A stretch of DNA of 64,000 bases. Source: Utricularia gibba (Eukaryota > Plantae > Magnoliophyta). The position numbers and the translations under genes are program-made. Below the pieces are notes generated by a model. That model did not search any database. It was given only the letters and a program-made list of their open reading frames with translations, and was not told where the DNA came from. This document shows positions 12,936-25,712 of this stretch, piece by piece (positions within the stretch are counted from its first letter, which is position 1; each line of letters begins with the position of its first letter). The stretch is from the NCBI GenBank assembly GCA_002189035.1, contig CM007990.1, forward strand, positions 4,712,001 through 4,776,000, given 5' to 3'.

Positions 12936-13735
12936 TCACTTCATGAAAAAGCTGTTGCAACTGCTACTTTCGTCTTCTTCTTCTTCTTCTTCATCTTGTT
13001 TTCTGATCAAAAGCTGTGTAACTCCACTTGACCCGCACGATGAATCCGCCTTCTCCTTCGCCAGGAAGTCATAGAAAACGATGCCCTCTTTCTGATTCCC
13101 GAGTTCGCCTTTCATGCTGCCCCTCTTCTTCATCAACATTCTACAGACAACCCAATTCGTCTGCGCCAGGAGGAAACAAGAAAATTAACCCTGCCCCGTG
13201 ACAGAAGAGACGCTGTATTGCATTGTACCTCAGCCGGAGTTTCATGGGCCGCATTCTGTAACCGGTACTCGTGCATCACCCACTCGGTTTTACTGCCCTT
13301 TGGAGGCTTCCTCAGGTAGAAAACCAGAGTCTTCTTCATTCCCACAACACGGTTTCTCACAACAATCTGCTTATCCAAGCCGGTAGCCTTCCAGTAACCG
13401 CAAGCAGTCGCCCTGTTCGACCGGTTCCCGTTCGGGTACTTGACCTCCTTCTTGCTGAAGAAGTACCTCTCCTGCTCCTTATCCCCTGAAGACAGACACT
13501 TGCACTCATCAAATGCAAACTCCCAAACAGCGATCAAGGGAAGTTCAGTCAACTAACCAGGCAAATCCCAGGGATCACATCTGTTGACATCAAACTCAGG
13601 GATGATCGAAGCAGGCAGCGGGAAGGAGAAGACTTTGCGCTTCAGGTACTGCAACACAAGCTCCTCATCAGTCGGGTGAAATCTGAAGCCAGGAGGTAGC
13701 CGCCTAGTGGGTAGCCCTGCCGGAGGTTTCTCCAT
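12936..13735 (-). CDS. NAC transcription factor, ANAC083/VNI2-like, 3 exons
   Basis: [26 protein letters not shown]|[16 protein letters not shown] and [17 protein letters not shown]; short acidic C-terminus [19 protein letters not shown]. Confidence 0.9.
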
Positions 13736-14316
13736 GTGGGATTCAAGAATGTGCAGAGAGGAAAGTAGAGAGCAAGGAGTGAGGGAAGACTCCCCACCCA
13801 AGACGCCATCTTTATAGTGCAGTTGAGTCGGAGTTGGGGAACAGAGAGACGCTCAGACACTGGCGAGTCAATTGGAACTCAGCGAGCACACCCACACACA
13901 CCCGTAGCGTGAATCAGACTCAATCCAAAAGATTTTCAATTTCGATCACAACAAGAAACAAATTCCCATCATATACAAAAATCCACTCAAAAATAAAAAC
14001 AATAAATCTTGCTTGATTATCAAATTAATTGTGTAATTAGTTGAACTAGTTTAAAAAGGGCACAAGGTTAATGTGTGCAGGAAGTGGGCCCCTAAATTGA
14101 CAATGGATTGATCCCACTTCACACGAAGGGATTTCCTTCCTACTCATCTTATCCCCAAACTGGCAATACAATAATATTCATTATAATAAAATATAATTCA
14201 TTTTCATGGGAATAACAAATTTCAATTACCCAAGGGTATCTTGGGTATTGCAACCAAAAAAATATAATTTAATTATTATAAAATTCAATATTTATTTTGG
14301 AATTAAACGATTGGAT

Positions 14317-14343
14317 GGGGGCGGGGGCGGGGGGGGGGGGGGG
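14317..14343 (+). repeat. G-run (G5-C-G5-C-G15), potential G-quadruplex, followed by (TG)n
   Basis: gggggcgggggcggggggggggggggg read directly from the sequence. Confidence 0.8.
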
Positions 14344-14522
14344 TGAAAAGTGTGTGTGTGTGTTGCGTGTGGGAGTGGAGGAGGGCGACCGGATCGGGAC
14401 TGCGGGATCCGGACGTCAAAGCCGACCAATCATCGCATCGCATCCAGTTTCTGAAATCTTTGGCTTCACAAAAACAAATCAAATGTCCGTTTCAGTGCAC
14501 GTTTGTTTCATAAGCTATCACA

Positions 14523-16248
14523 CTACACATCACCTCTCGCTCTGTCTCGCCAGTTTTCGCCCCACGTTTTGGCCTCCGCCACGGCTCGGTCACGTTGCGG
14601 GTCCCGGGTGATGATGGCTTTGGGTTTGGGAGAGCTTTCCTCTCCTTCCTGACGCCGGCGGGGTGGCGGATCCCCTCTGCCACCCTCTGCGTTTCCCAGT
14701 AGCTTGGCGACTGGATCGTGGGCTGTCTGGTTCATGAGGTAGGAGAGGGCTGTCACTACTTCTGCCATCAGGGGGCGGGCGGCAGCCTGTTCCTGGGTGC
14801 ACATTGAGGCCACGGAGAGAGCTTGGTAGAGCCCCCGCATTGGGAACTTGCCCTGCAACCGTGGGTCTGCTAGCTTCGCCAACCTCCGCCGGTCGTTGAA
14901 CAAGGGGCGTGACTGTGGCAGGGGATGGGGGAGATGAGATGAGTGGAGTGGAACTGATGTTCATAAACATATTGGCTGCTTACCCATGTCACGAGGCTCT
15001 GCTCTCCTTGCGGTTGTGTGCCGTCAAGGGCCTTCCGGCCGGTGATCAGCTCCAGGAAGACGACCCCGAAGCTGTAAACATCCGACTTCACTGTCAACTG
15101 CCCTGTCATCGCATACTCGGGTGCGCAATAGCCGTATGTTCCCATCACCCTAGTCGACACGTGTGACTGGTCTCCGGTCGGCCCCAGCTTCGCGAGTCCG
15201 AAATCTGACAGTTTCGGGGAAAAGCCTTCTCCTAGTAGTATGTTGGAGGACTTGAAGTCTCTGTATATCACCGGAGGTACAGCCTTGTCGTGAAGATACT
15301 CGAGTCCCTTTGCTGCGCCGGTGGCTATCTTAATCCTCGTGTTCCAGTCCAGTGCTTCTCTATCCGGTGGAAGATCTGTAGGATATCGCAAATTTAACAG
15401 GATGCAGGATTCCATCCGGAAGTGACAATCAGATTATCAGCACAGTTGTTTACCATGGAGATGATCTTCTAAGGATCCCAAAGGCATGAACTCGTAAACC
15501 AGAAGCCTTTCCTCTCCATCGGCACAGTAGCCGATTAAGTTCACCAAGTTGGGATGGTGCAGCAAACTAAGCATCAGAACTTCAACTAGGAACTCGCGGT
15601 TACCCTGAAGCCCGTTCCTATCCAACTGCTTCACCGCAACAGCCTGCCAAGATGCAAAATGTTCAATCCTTTGGTTAAAAATGAAGCTGAATAGTTTATC
15701 AAAACTTCGGATCTTGTGGAGGTTTTGAAGGGCTTTCTACCTGACCATTCGGAAGCCTGCCCTTGTAAACACGTCCAAACCCTCCCTCCCCTATGAAGCA
15801 TTCTGGCGTGAAATTATTTGTGGCATTGACAAGCTCACGAAATGTGAAGGTCTGTGCAGCAATCTGTGCATCAGGGTTGTTCCTCGGCTCTGATGTCTCC
15901 TTTCTGGAACCCACTCCTATCTTGCATTCCAGTCTGCCACCTCCTGTATGTTTTAAAAAGGGCCATAGAGATAGGCAATGAGGGGAAACAGATGATGCAA
16001 ATGAACCAAAGAATCTGACTCATTTGGCAATAGCATGAATTCTGTAGATCAATCCGACACAGCATAAAACACAAGAAGATGGAGCCCAGGAACAACAATG
16101 GTAATATAGATGAAGAATTAAGCTAACCGGATGATGATTTTGACATGCTCGAAGGAATAATCGGATGGACTACAATGTGATCATCTTTGCCTTTATTGTG
16201 GTCGAGCGTATCCTCTTCCTTTGTTTCAAAACAGGGAAAACAACCCAT
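14523..16248 (-). CDS. PBS1: Receptor-like cytoplasmic kinase VII, PBS1-like, 5 coding exons
   Basis: N-terminal MGCFPCF acylation motif; [71 protein letters not shown]; C-terminal [16 protein letters not shown]. The NAC083-like and G6PD neighbours fit recalled Arabidopsis synteny. Confidence 0.8.
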
Positions 16249-18342
16249 CTACCCCAACTCAAAGTTTAAATCTTTACGAAAACCAAAAAATCAGATCCTC
16301 TTCGACGTTCATCTTCTTCAACACAATCCCAACATAAAAAATCTCGGGAAATCGTAAAATCCTGCAACATTCAATCCCCACCCATCGCCCCCAGTGATAT
16401 GGCGCCGCAATTGAGACAACCCAAAATCCAAAAGGCAACAGAACCGACGGCAAAATAGAGAAGAAACCAGGCAAATAATTCGATTAGAAAAGGGGAGCGC
16501 GTGTCATCTGCTTTAACTCTTCCACTTTCGATACAAGGATCTCTCTCACACACGCACATAAATGTATGTGCGTATATGCAGGGATACGTCTTACATACAC
16601 AGCGATGCATCTGCCGACGAAGATGATGCATTCACATTCCGCCATCATCTTCCTCGCCGCCCACCTAATAAATAGTAACCGGTGAACGCATTCTCCAATC
16701 TCCACCTTCCCCCATTAACATCCTTTACTTGCAAATAAATAAAAAAAGGAACCAATAAATGCGACCACAAATCCAATGTGACCGGAGAGTACCTTCACTT
16801 CACTTCTCTCGCAGTCACTCCAACCCAAAAGTCAAGCCTCCTTTAAACGCATTCAGGTTTCATACAATATGACAGACAACCAACATTTCAGACCCAACTT
16901 AATGCGAAGTAGCTGAAATGAAAGCTTCCCAGTTTTCCAAGTGCATCACTACTTTCCCCTCTTGGAATACACAACATGGATGCTTTCTCATAATAATTGG
17001 CCACCAATTTCAGCATCGAGGTCAGATGGGTCTGTCAAAATCGAACTTTGGCAAAAAGATAATGGCAGATTTGATTCTGAAAATGGTGTACGGTGCACCA
17101 CTGCGGAACCGACATGATTTGATCGACGGCGAAGGAGAGGTTTCCCTGTAATATCTCCGGGCCCAATTTCACATCCCTTAGCCGACTTTCTTATAATGGG
17201 CCTTTTGATCCTCTAAACAGGCCATAATTACTTTGGGCCTGAATAAAAGCCCACGATTCTCACCTTTTTTAAAAATGTGATTATCCCCATTCCATGAAAT
17301 GCTAATGTGTTTAGTAGCTCGTATTATTTATAAAATACTTTTCTTGTTTTTTTTTAAATCATGTTTTTAAAAACTTAATCAAATAAGTTTTAATTTATCA
17401 TATATACAATATCATTTTAAATACATATTTTTTAAATTTAATATATTACACAATTTTATTTTAATTAAACCCCATCTAGTTATTCAAACACAAATATAAT
17501 ATTTATTAAACTAATCATCCTATTATATTATCTTTCATATTCAATAATAAAAAAATATATTTTTTTGGAGTCATTTACAAATATGGATCTGGCATACAAA
17601 GACAAGAAGATACATTGTGTATGGTAAGATTTCTCACATATCACGATCAAATTTCTAAATGATTTTTATTTTTCATGATCAAATCACCCCAAAAGCTGTT
17701 TAGGTTAACGGCATTATTCTGATAATTACAACAAAATGGAGCGTTGATTTGGCAGAGATGCATGGCCATTGATGTTGGAGAGCAGTACGGTCGCGCCCTG
17801 GTCTGGGAATTGATGTTGGTGGGGTTAGGGCTCCAATTATGCCCACGTTACTCTACATGGAAGCATTAATGGCGGTAGGCGCAGAAGCCCTAAGCTCCAA
17901 ACCAGGTGCAGCGCCCCCCACATTGAAGTCTCCGCCTGCAGCAATGCCAAAGCTTGTTCCTTTTGAAACTTGAGCTGAATGAGGGAGAAGACTATGGAGA
18001 AGGGAGAGCCGGATAACGTCAAGGAAATTGGTGCTGTTCTGCTGGGAAGAGAAGGGGATATCATGCTGAAGATGGATGGAACAGGCGATCAGGGGTATGT
18101 GAAACCTGAATCTTGAGATCGTCTGGTGGAAGACAGTACAATTCCCTGGTAAATCAGGGGCTCCAGTGTTACCTTTCTGGTTGATTTTGTAACAGTTACT
18201 GGGCTGCTGCTGTATTAATATACATGGTGGTTGTGTGTCTTCCTACTTGTATCCTGGGGCGACAGCTGCTTCCTTTATTACAACCATTTCCGCCCACTCG
18301 TGTGGAAAGAGAAGTTTTTTCTGAAGTTGTGGGTGATATGAT

Positions 18343-18701
18343 ATGAGCACTAGTAGGAGTGCCACTAGTTCGTACGGTGTGCCGTCGGCGATGGAGAGGG
18401 TGGCGAAGCTGGCCTCCAGCAGCGCGGTGGTGGTTTTCAGTGTGAGCAGCTGCTGCCTGTGTCACGCGGTGAAGAGGCTCTTCTGCGGGATGGGAGTGAA
18501 CCCAAGAGTGTATGAGCTGGACCAGGAGCCCAGGGGCAAGGAACTGGAGAGGGCGCTCTCCCGGCTTCCCGGCGGAGGGTCCTCTCTCCCAGTGGTGTTC
18601 ATCGGGGGAAGCTCATCGGCGCCGTGGACAGGGTTATCGCGTCCCACATCAACGGCACGCTGGTTCCACTCCTCAAAGACGCCGGAGCTCTGTGGCTTTG
18701 A
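18343..18701 (+). CDS. CC-type glutaredoxin (ROXY1/2-like, ALWL C-terminus); apparent -1 frameshift at 18604-18608
   Basis: [13 protein letters not shown] active site. One extra base gives [35 protein letters not shown] and a TGA at 18699-18701. Confidence 0.9.
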
Positions 18702-19603
18702 CTGGGCGCCCGCAGCTCCACAGCTCTGGTCAGATCAGAGTAATAATGCTGGATGCTCTGCTGCTGCTGCTGCTTCGTCTTCTTCTTGTTCTGTATTCCT
18801 TTTCTTTGCCTCTGGTTTCAGTCAGTCATCAGCACGACGTGGATTCCTCCCCCAACCCCACACCGACAGCAACAATCAAAGTACATGCTTTGGGTTGGGT
18901 ACGGTGCAGCGATCGGGTAATGGATATGACAGAAACCAGAAGTCGGTTATCTAGTTGATGTTACTGCACTAACTTCCACTATTTCTTAACCAGTAACATC
19001 CACTGATCCAAAGTGGTGTGATGGGGATAACGTAAAACCATACAATTAGTAAAATTGAATGGGAATTATACGTGATTCGATATTTAAAATCTAGAAAATA
19101 AGATATTAGTATAATAATATATATTAGAATAAAATATTGCTTATATTAAATTAAAAAGGTCGATTCAAACAAGGTTTAAGATAAAGTGACAAACATATCT
19201 AATTATTTTACAAAATATTGATAAATATATAAAATGAAGATTAAAATAACAAAAATATATAATTTTTTAAACTAACTTGTCAGTTGTCCCACGTTTCGCG
19301 GCTGCCTTTGATTCACCTCTGGGATGGGGGTGGTGTTCTTGAAGGGAAGTCGGGTCGACCCGGGTGGAGAGCACCCGTTACATGAGGACGAAGTGTTGTA
19401 GAGAAATTCTGTGGATCTGATGGCGCAAAAGCTCGATGAACGGAAATCATGGATGATGACGATGAGCGTCTAACAGTGCAGGGACTGCAACTAAGGAGAT
19501 GGCGAAAATGAACATGGCAATGCATTGCTACACCTGATGAATGAATGGGAGAGAATACAGCAAGCACATGTTGCAGAAAACAAGATCTGGGGACGGCCGG
19601 CGG

Positions 19604-22351
19604 TCAGTCGTCGACCCCCACATCGCCCCATCTTACGTTGTACCGGGCGGCGAGGTAGTGCGCACCCACCGGCCCGCGGCTGCCGTAGGGGTAGTACTCG
19701 GGTATGACCTTTTTGTCCTCCAGCTCCTTGAGGACGGGGGTGAAGAGGGACCAGGCGGCGTCCAGTTCGTCGCTCCTGATGAAGAGTCTCCTCTCACCTT
19801 CAATGGCATCCAACAGGAGTCTCTCGTATGCATCTGGGATCTCCTTGGAGTATCTGATCATGCGCTAAGATTCAGCCAAAACACCATGATTGTTGTTAAG
19901 AAAGACTGTATGCGGGCACCTTGCTTTGTAGTGAAGATTCAGATGGCTGCTGTCCAATCTCATCCCAAGTCCAGGGACCTTGTTGTTGACCTTCAGATAG
20001 ATGGCTTCATTCGGCTGAACACGGATAACCAGCTCGTTGGTGGCACGGTCAAGATTGCCGAACTTGCCATTGTATAAGTTCCCCGGTACATGCCTGAACT
20101 GTACTCGTATTTCAGCCCTGATAACAAACAGCGAGAGGCTTTTAGGAGTTGGAAAGCTAGTGAGAAAAAAAAATGGTGATCTGATTACCTTCTGGTGTGC
20201 AAAGCTTTACCCGCCTTCATCAGAAAAGGAACCCCATCCCACCTTGCATTGTTGATGAAAAGTGCAGCAGCAGCAAAAGTTGGGGTTATACTATCCTTGG
20301 GCACTGTTTTGTCATCCGTGTACCCAGGGTAAGTAATTCCACTCTTAGCGTGACTCTTGTACTGTCCAATCACCATGTCATTGAGAATGATCGGCTTTGC
20401 CGAGCGCAAAACTTTAACCTGTTGAGAGTTGAATCACCAAACAGTTCCATCACGCCAAACAAAATGTGTATGCATATGCAAGGTGTGAGAGCAGACCTTT
20501 TCATTCCTGATATCTTCTGCTTCCAAACTAACAGGTGTTTCCATGGCAAACAGAGCAAGTATTTGAAGCAGATGATTTTGCATTATGTCTCTAATGATTC
20601 CATAATGGTCAAAGTAACTGGCATAATGCAGGACATGGTTAAGTAGGAAGTTCACTCAGATCTGATTCGAATAGCATATCTTAAAAATATATACCCTCCT
20701 CTTCCTTCGGTACCGAAGTCTTCTGAAAATATGAACTGAACATTGCGGATGTATTGCCTTGACCACAGAGGCTCAAAAATAAGGTTGGAGAAACGGAGAA
20801 CGGAAAGGTTTTCCACAAGCTCTTTTCCCAGATAATGATCTATCCTGCAAGGACGTATAGCAACAAAATTTATTACACTATCTCCAGAAAGAGATGTGTG
20901 AGAGAGAGAGATAGATACAGAAAGGATCAAACCTGAAAATCTGTTCTTCTGTCAAGTATTGCTTGAGGGCATTAGTTAAGGCAGCTGATGATTCGCTATC
21001 CCGTCCAAATGGTTTCTCAACAATGACCCTAGTCCAGCCATTAGGAGAAGATGCAGAGCGGCTGGCACATCTCACAGCATCAATAAAAATGTTTGGTGGA
21101 ATAGATAAATAAAAAAGTCGATTTGACACCTTTTGACCCTACAGAAACAAGAAATATTGATTATCAGTGACAGTAAGATGGCTTTATACTACAAAACCAA
21201 CGTGTAAACTTAACATAAAGCTAGCTATTGCCACTAGAGAAATGAACCAAAATTGATCCCTTGAGGAAAAAATTGGTAAAAAAGATGGCGCAAGCACTGG
21301 TTCTGCGACCGATACTGGAATGCCTTAAAAAAGGCTATGCTTGGAAATACCTCATGACCCTTGAGCTTTGCATCAAGCTCCGTGAAATTTTCTTGGGAAT
21401 CATATTGGCCGGAGTGATAAAAACACTTTTTAAGAAAATGTTCCATCTTTTCATCGCAATTTTCTCTAGACAAACAAAAACAAAAGCAGGATGAAAAATC
21501 ATGAGCTGATGCGCATAAATCAGTGAAAATGTATGAGGGGAGAGACGAAACCAAAGATAGCATAAGATTCTGAACACCTTTTATCAATTCTGCATGTGAG
21601 CGTCTCGCTAACCATAACTCGCAACTCTTCGTCGGTCATCTTACTACGGGCATAACCAAAGATTGTGAAGTTCTGCAACAAAAGGACAAAGCTCGAAACT
21701 TTCGAAGGACTAATGGATCAACAAGACAAAATACACATAGTTTCAGTATGGATGTGACGAGAACCTCAGGAAGGCAGCCCTCATAATAAAGCGCAAACAG
21801 AGCAGGAAAGATCTTTTTCTTGGCGAGGTCACCAGAGGCCCCTACAACTGTAACACTGAGATGGGAGCTCCCACCATCAACACCTAAATCCATTTTCATT
21901 TGTTCCACTGGAGGAGTAACTGGAAACGTTTCTTGTTTCAAGTTTTCTGGAGAAGCTCCTTTGGAGGGGGCGTTTTAAACGCCAAAGCACCTATAAGGAT
22001 TTTGGCATCAGCAGCACCCCATTACAACTCTTAGCTTCAGAAAGACGTGTGCGGCGCACAAACCAGCATATAAAATTCATCTAAAGCAAATCATCCCAAT
22101 TCAAACATAGCCGGAAAAAATCGGAACCATGAAATTTTAATTGAAGGGAAATGAAACGAACCATCCTGCATGAGGATCGACCGAGATAGAGGGGAGCACT
22201 TGGATACCGAAGAACCATTTTTTGACCCCAATCTCCTCCCGGAAACCACCGAAAACAAATTCTTTTGGAAAATCCGAAAAGACCCAATGGAGGAAGAAGT
22301 GGAATACGCTGATGATGAACAACAATGATTCGATGGAGCAAATAAAGCCAT
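19604..22351 (-). CDS. G6PD: Plastid glucose-6-phosphate 1-dehydrogenase (P2 type, G6PD2/3-like), multi-exon; probable frameshift at 21966-21970
   Basis: Transit peptide; [45 protein letters not shown] and [24 protein letters not shown]; ends RYNVRWGD. Confidence 0.95.
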
Positions 22352-25300
22352 CCCTTGTCTTCAATCTCTGAATAAAATCTGACAACTCCGCAGACGATTC
22401 CCTCAACCTCCTTAGTTTCAATCAAATCGAAATCCACTCTTTAAACACCGCAAGAGAGAACGAAATGAAACTTCGGAGACATCGAAAAGCTGCGGCCTCT
22501 AGATGTATCTCAAGGGCTGCCTTCTTCTTGTACACTATGACGTCATTGGCGCCTGAAAGTGACGTCTTGTAATTTTGATAATTAATGGGCTTAAGCCCAA
22601 AATATAAGAACCGGGCCCGACCATTATCAGGGCTGTTTGATTGTTCAGACAGCACTATGGGTCAGAATATGGGCCGGGTCGGGCCCGCCCACTAAGCTTT
22701 TCATGCATTGAACAGAAGAATTGGGGCAGCATCCTCAGTCACAGACTCACAAGCATCTTTTGCCCTAGCAATGGCGAAAGCCAAAGTTATAGCTGGTAGA
22801 ATCCCGGGTGTCCTGAAGATGCTCAGTGGCGAAAACATCGATTTTGAGTACACAATAGGTGCTTCAGATGCTCACATATCGCTTCCTCCTGCTGAAAAAG
22901 CTACCGACTTTGAGAAGAAAGCGCCGTCGAATCTCCATTAATGACTTCCGGTTGGAGTATACGAGTGTTTGGTTTTCGTATCCTTTCTTCCTGCTGGAAA
23001 AAGCTAATGCTCTGAGATGAATGGATCATTGGCAGATTCAATGATTTTCGATATGGTGGCCCATTTCCTTCCAGTATATCGCGGTAACTTCTGCCATATC
23101 CTCCTGGTAACTTTTCATTGGCTCCACTGTTTTATCCTTGACAACAGGACAAATGCAAGCCACGATAAAGCACTTTAATGGAAGAGATTGTGTTAGATCT
23201 TGTTCTCTGAAAATAAGGGGTCCCGTCCCGCTTTGTAAAGTTCCGATTTTTTTCTTCTTTTTTCTTCTTTTTTCATTCTTTTCACAGCAGCCACAGGAAC
23301 CCCATTCACTAGATTCTTGGAAACCAGCTCAATATCAGTAATTGGTCGTTATGTCTTGCTGCATATGAAAGTGCGTTTTTTTTTTCTCTAATGTGATGGC
23401 CTTTCTTTATGATGATGTTGACTTGTTGTCCTCTTCCTTTGTCCCAAGTGATGCTTCTGAAAGCAAACCATCAATTTTGGACAGATGCCTGAGAATCCAT
23501 TGATTGCATAAGGCATCCATCATCTTGAAAAGAAACGAGACAACTCTGCTATCAAGTGGCCAGCTTGGCTATCGATTTGGAATATTTGAATCATCCAAGG
23601 CATTAGTACAGAGGCATCCCCAGTGGTAAAGATTCCTTTGCCTGCTACGACTCTAAGCTTTTTACAGTCGCAGTTAGGCCAGGTAATCCTGTGGGTGAAC
23701 TGTGAAGTGAAATTGCCTGTTGAAACAAAACCCTCCTGCAACTTTGTCTAAATTAACTGATTTCCATGCTGCCCCTTTTGATCTGATACTTATTTTCATT
23801 ACCAGTTAGTACATTGGAGGAATAACAGGAACTACTTTATCCACACACTCCTCATCGGAGTTGTTTGTTCTGATGTTGGTTTCAGAGCGCTATGCGGCGT
23901 TCGTACGCACTCAACCTTGTGTGTTAAACAGATACGCCTGTGTTTTTGTTGACCTTTTCAAGGTGAAGTTTGGCACAAGGGCTGCTTGAATCTCTTAAAG
24001 GGTTATTTGTTTTTTTTATAATTAATTAAAAAACGATGAAACTCCGGCTTGTTGATTCTTGCATTGCCACAGACAGAGAATCCTGCAACACCTTTGGCTT
24101 CTTCGTACAAAACATCAAGTATCTCGTGTAGATGATCTGATGCTGTCCGAATACCGTGAGAACACAACGTTTGTATTTTCGCAACATCAAGTTTAATGAC
24201 ATTTTTCATATTTATAATCCAACTGTAGTGCACAGTAGGCGTGTGTGATACATATGCACCCCATCCTGCTTTCCCCTTAACTGCCAAACTGTATTTCTAG
24301 TGTTGGTCATTGCAGTTTGTAGTGAATAAGACACTTTAGAAGCTTCGTTTTGTTGAAAATTGAAAGCTTAACCTGGTGTTTTGTCCGTGTCCAGGGAGAG
24401 ACATTTAATAAATGTAGGCTTCAAAACTTTTCTGTGCCTTACAATTACGTTCTACTCTCTACAGTGAGTACTGCTGTTGCCGTTGTTACTAATCTTTATT
24501 AATGCTTCCGAGAGCTTGGTGATGGAGGACTCCCATTCGCCTCAAGCTCCACTTTTAGTTTTCTTCGGCACTTGGGGAGCATAGTCAAGCTTTTTGCAGC
24601 AGGTTCCTTTGCTTAGCTTCAGAGATACAGCTCTGCTTCTCTTCTCTTTCTGGCTTCTTAGATTAGTATATTCCCCAACTTTTGGTTGAAAACGGAAGAA
24701 TGCTTGAATCCTATAAGAATAAACGACTGGACTGGGTGTCGGTTTTGCCTGTTTTTCGATATGGGTTGCATCTTTTTTCACAGTTTCAACTTTCAAATCT
24801 TCACTGCAACAGAATCAAGAAGTCATGTTTTCTCTAGTTTGAAAATGGGTTCTTCGTCAGATATGTACTGAATAGGGAGTGGATTGTTTCTTTAAAGGGA
24901 AATTCTCGGATTCTTCTTGTACCATTCTGTTTGGGCACAAAAGAGCTCTTCTCTAGAGTTCCCAAGTCATCTTAACTAATATGGCCTTGCTGTGATTCTT
25001 CTGTTCATCACTCGTTATGGAATTAGTATGATTTTTTCTTGTTTTTTGCTTTGACCCGCCTTTCACTTCTCTGCAATTGTCGATGATGGGCTGAATTTCG
25101 TTGAATTTGCGGACTGTGAGCTTTGAGATTCTGTGACTTCTCCCTGTAAACATTATTATCATTAACTGCCTCAATAAAGTATGACTGATAAAAATTTCAT
25201 TGGTGGATGCAGCTGCCATGGAATCGAAGGACCATTTCACCTCTGCTCTAGGCCAGGACGCCCCAACTGCCAACCTATGCCCTTAAAACTATTTTCCATA

Positions 25301-25712
25301 GCCAACTGGTGTTTCAGTTGAATACATCGAAGCTGGTACCAAGCTTTACACTTATTTAAGACATTCTTATGTTGCTTTCTGGAAATCCGCATGCAGCCGG
25401 TTCTTCCTGTCTGAAAACGTGTGTGCTAGCCTAGGAGCTCTATCTACTTCTCTCAAGTTGTGGTAGGACTCAGCCGAGGCAATATGTACCTTCATTAATT
25501 CTCCATTATAAACTTCAGCCTACCCGTTGACATTTATAGATAAGGGATTATTTTTCTTGACTTTGCAAGTTCCGCAGCGCACAGGCAAAAGCTATATCCT
25601 GGGATCTGATCTAACCAGCTGGAGGGAATTTCACTCTTTCGTTTCCCTTGTTTTCGAGCCTCCTTGATTGCCGTCATATCTGAAGGGGGTGAGAATTCTG
25701 CCTCTTCTTGTG

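Noticed and set aside
14523-15415. Overlapping kinase ORFs in different frames suggested a frameshift
   Set aside because: Explained by a canonical GT-AG intron at about 14905-14982.
17720-18250. Minus-strand GGDFN motif suggesting a LINE endonuclease fragment
   Set aside because: The flanking residues do not support it; a single short motif can arise by chance.
22708-22941. ORF with VLKMLSGENIDFEY resembling a receptor-kinase C-terminal tail
   Set aside because: No other kinase subdomains nearby; too weak to call a pseudogene.
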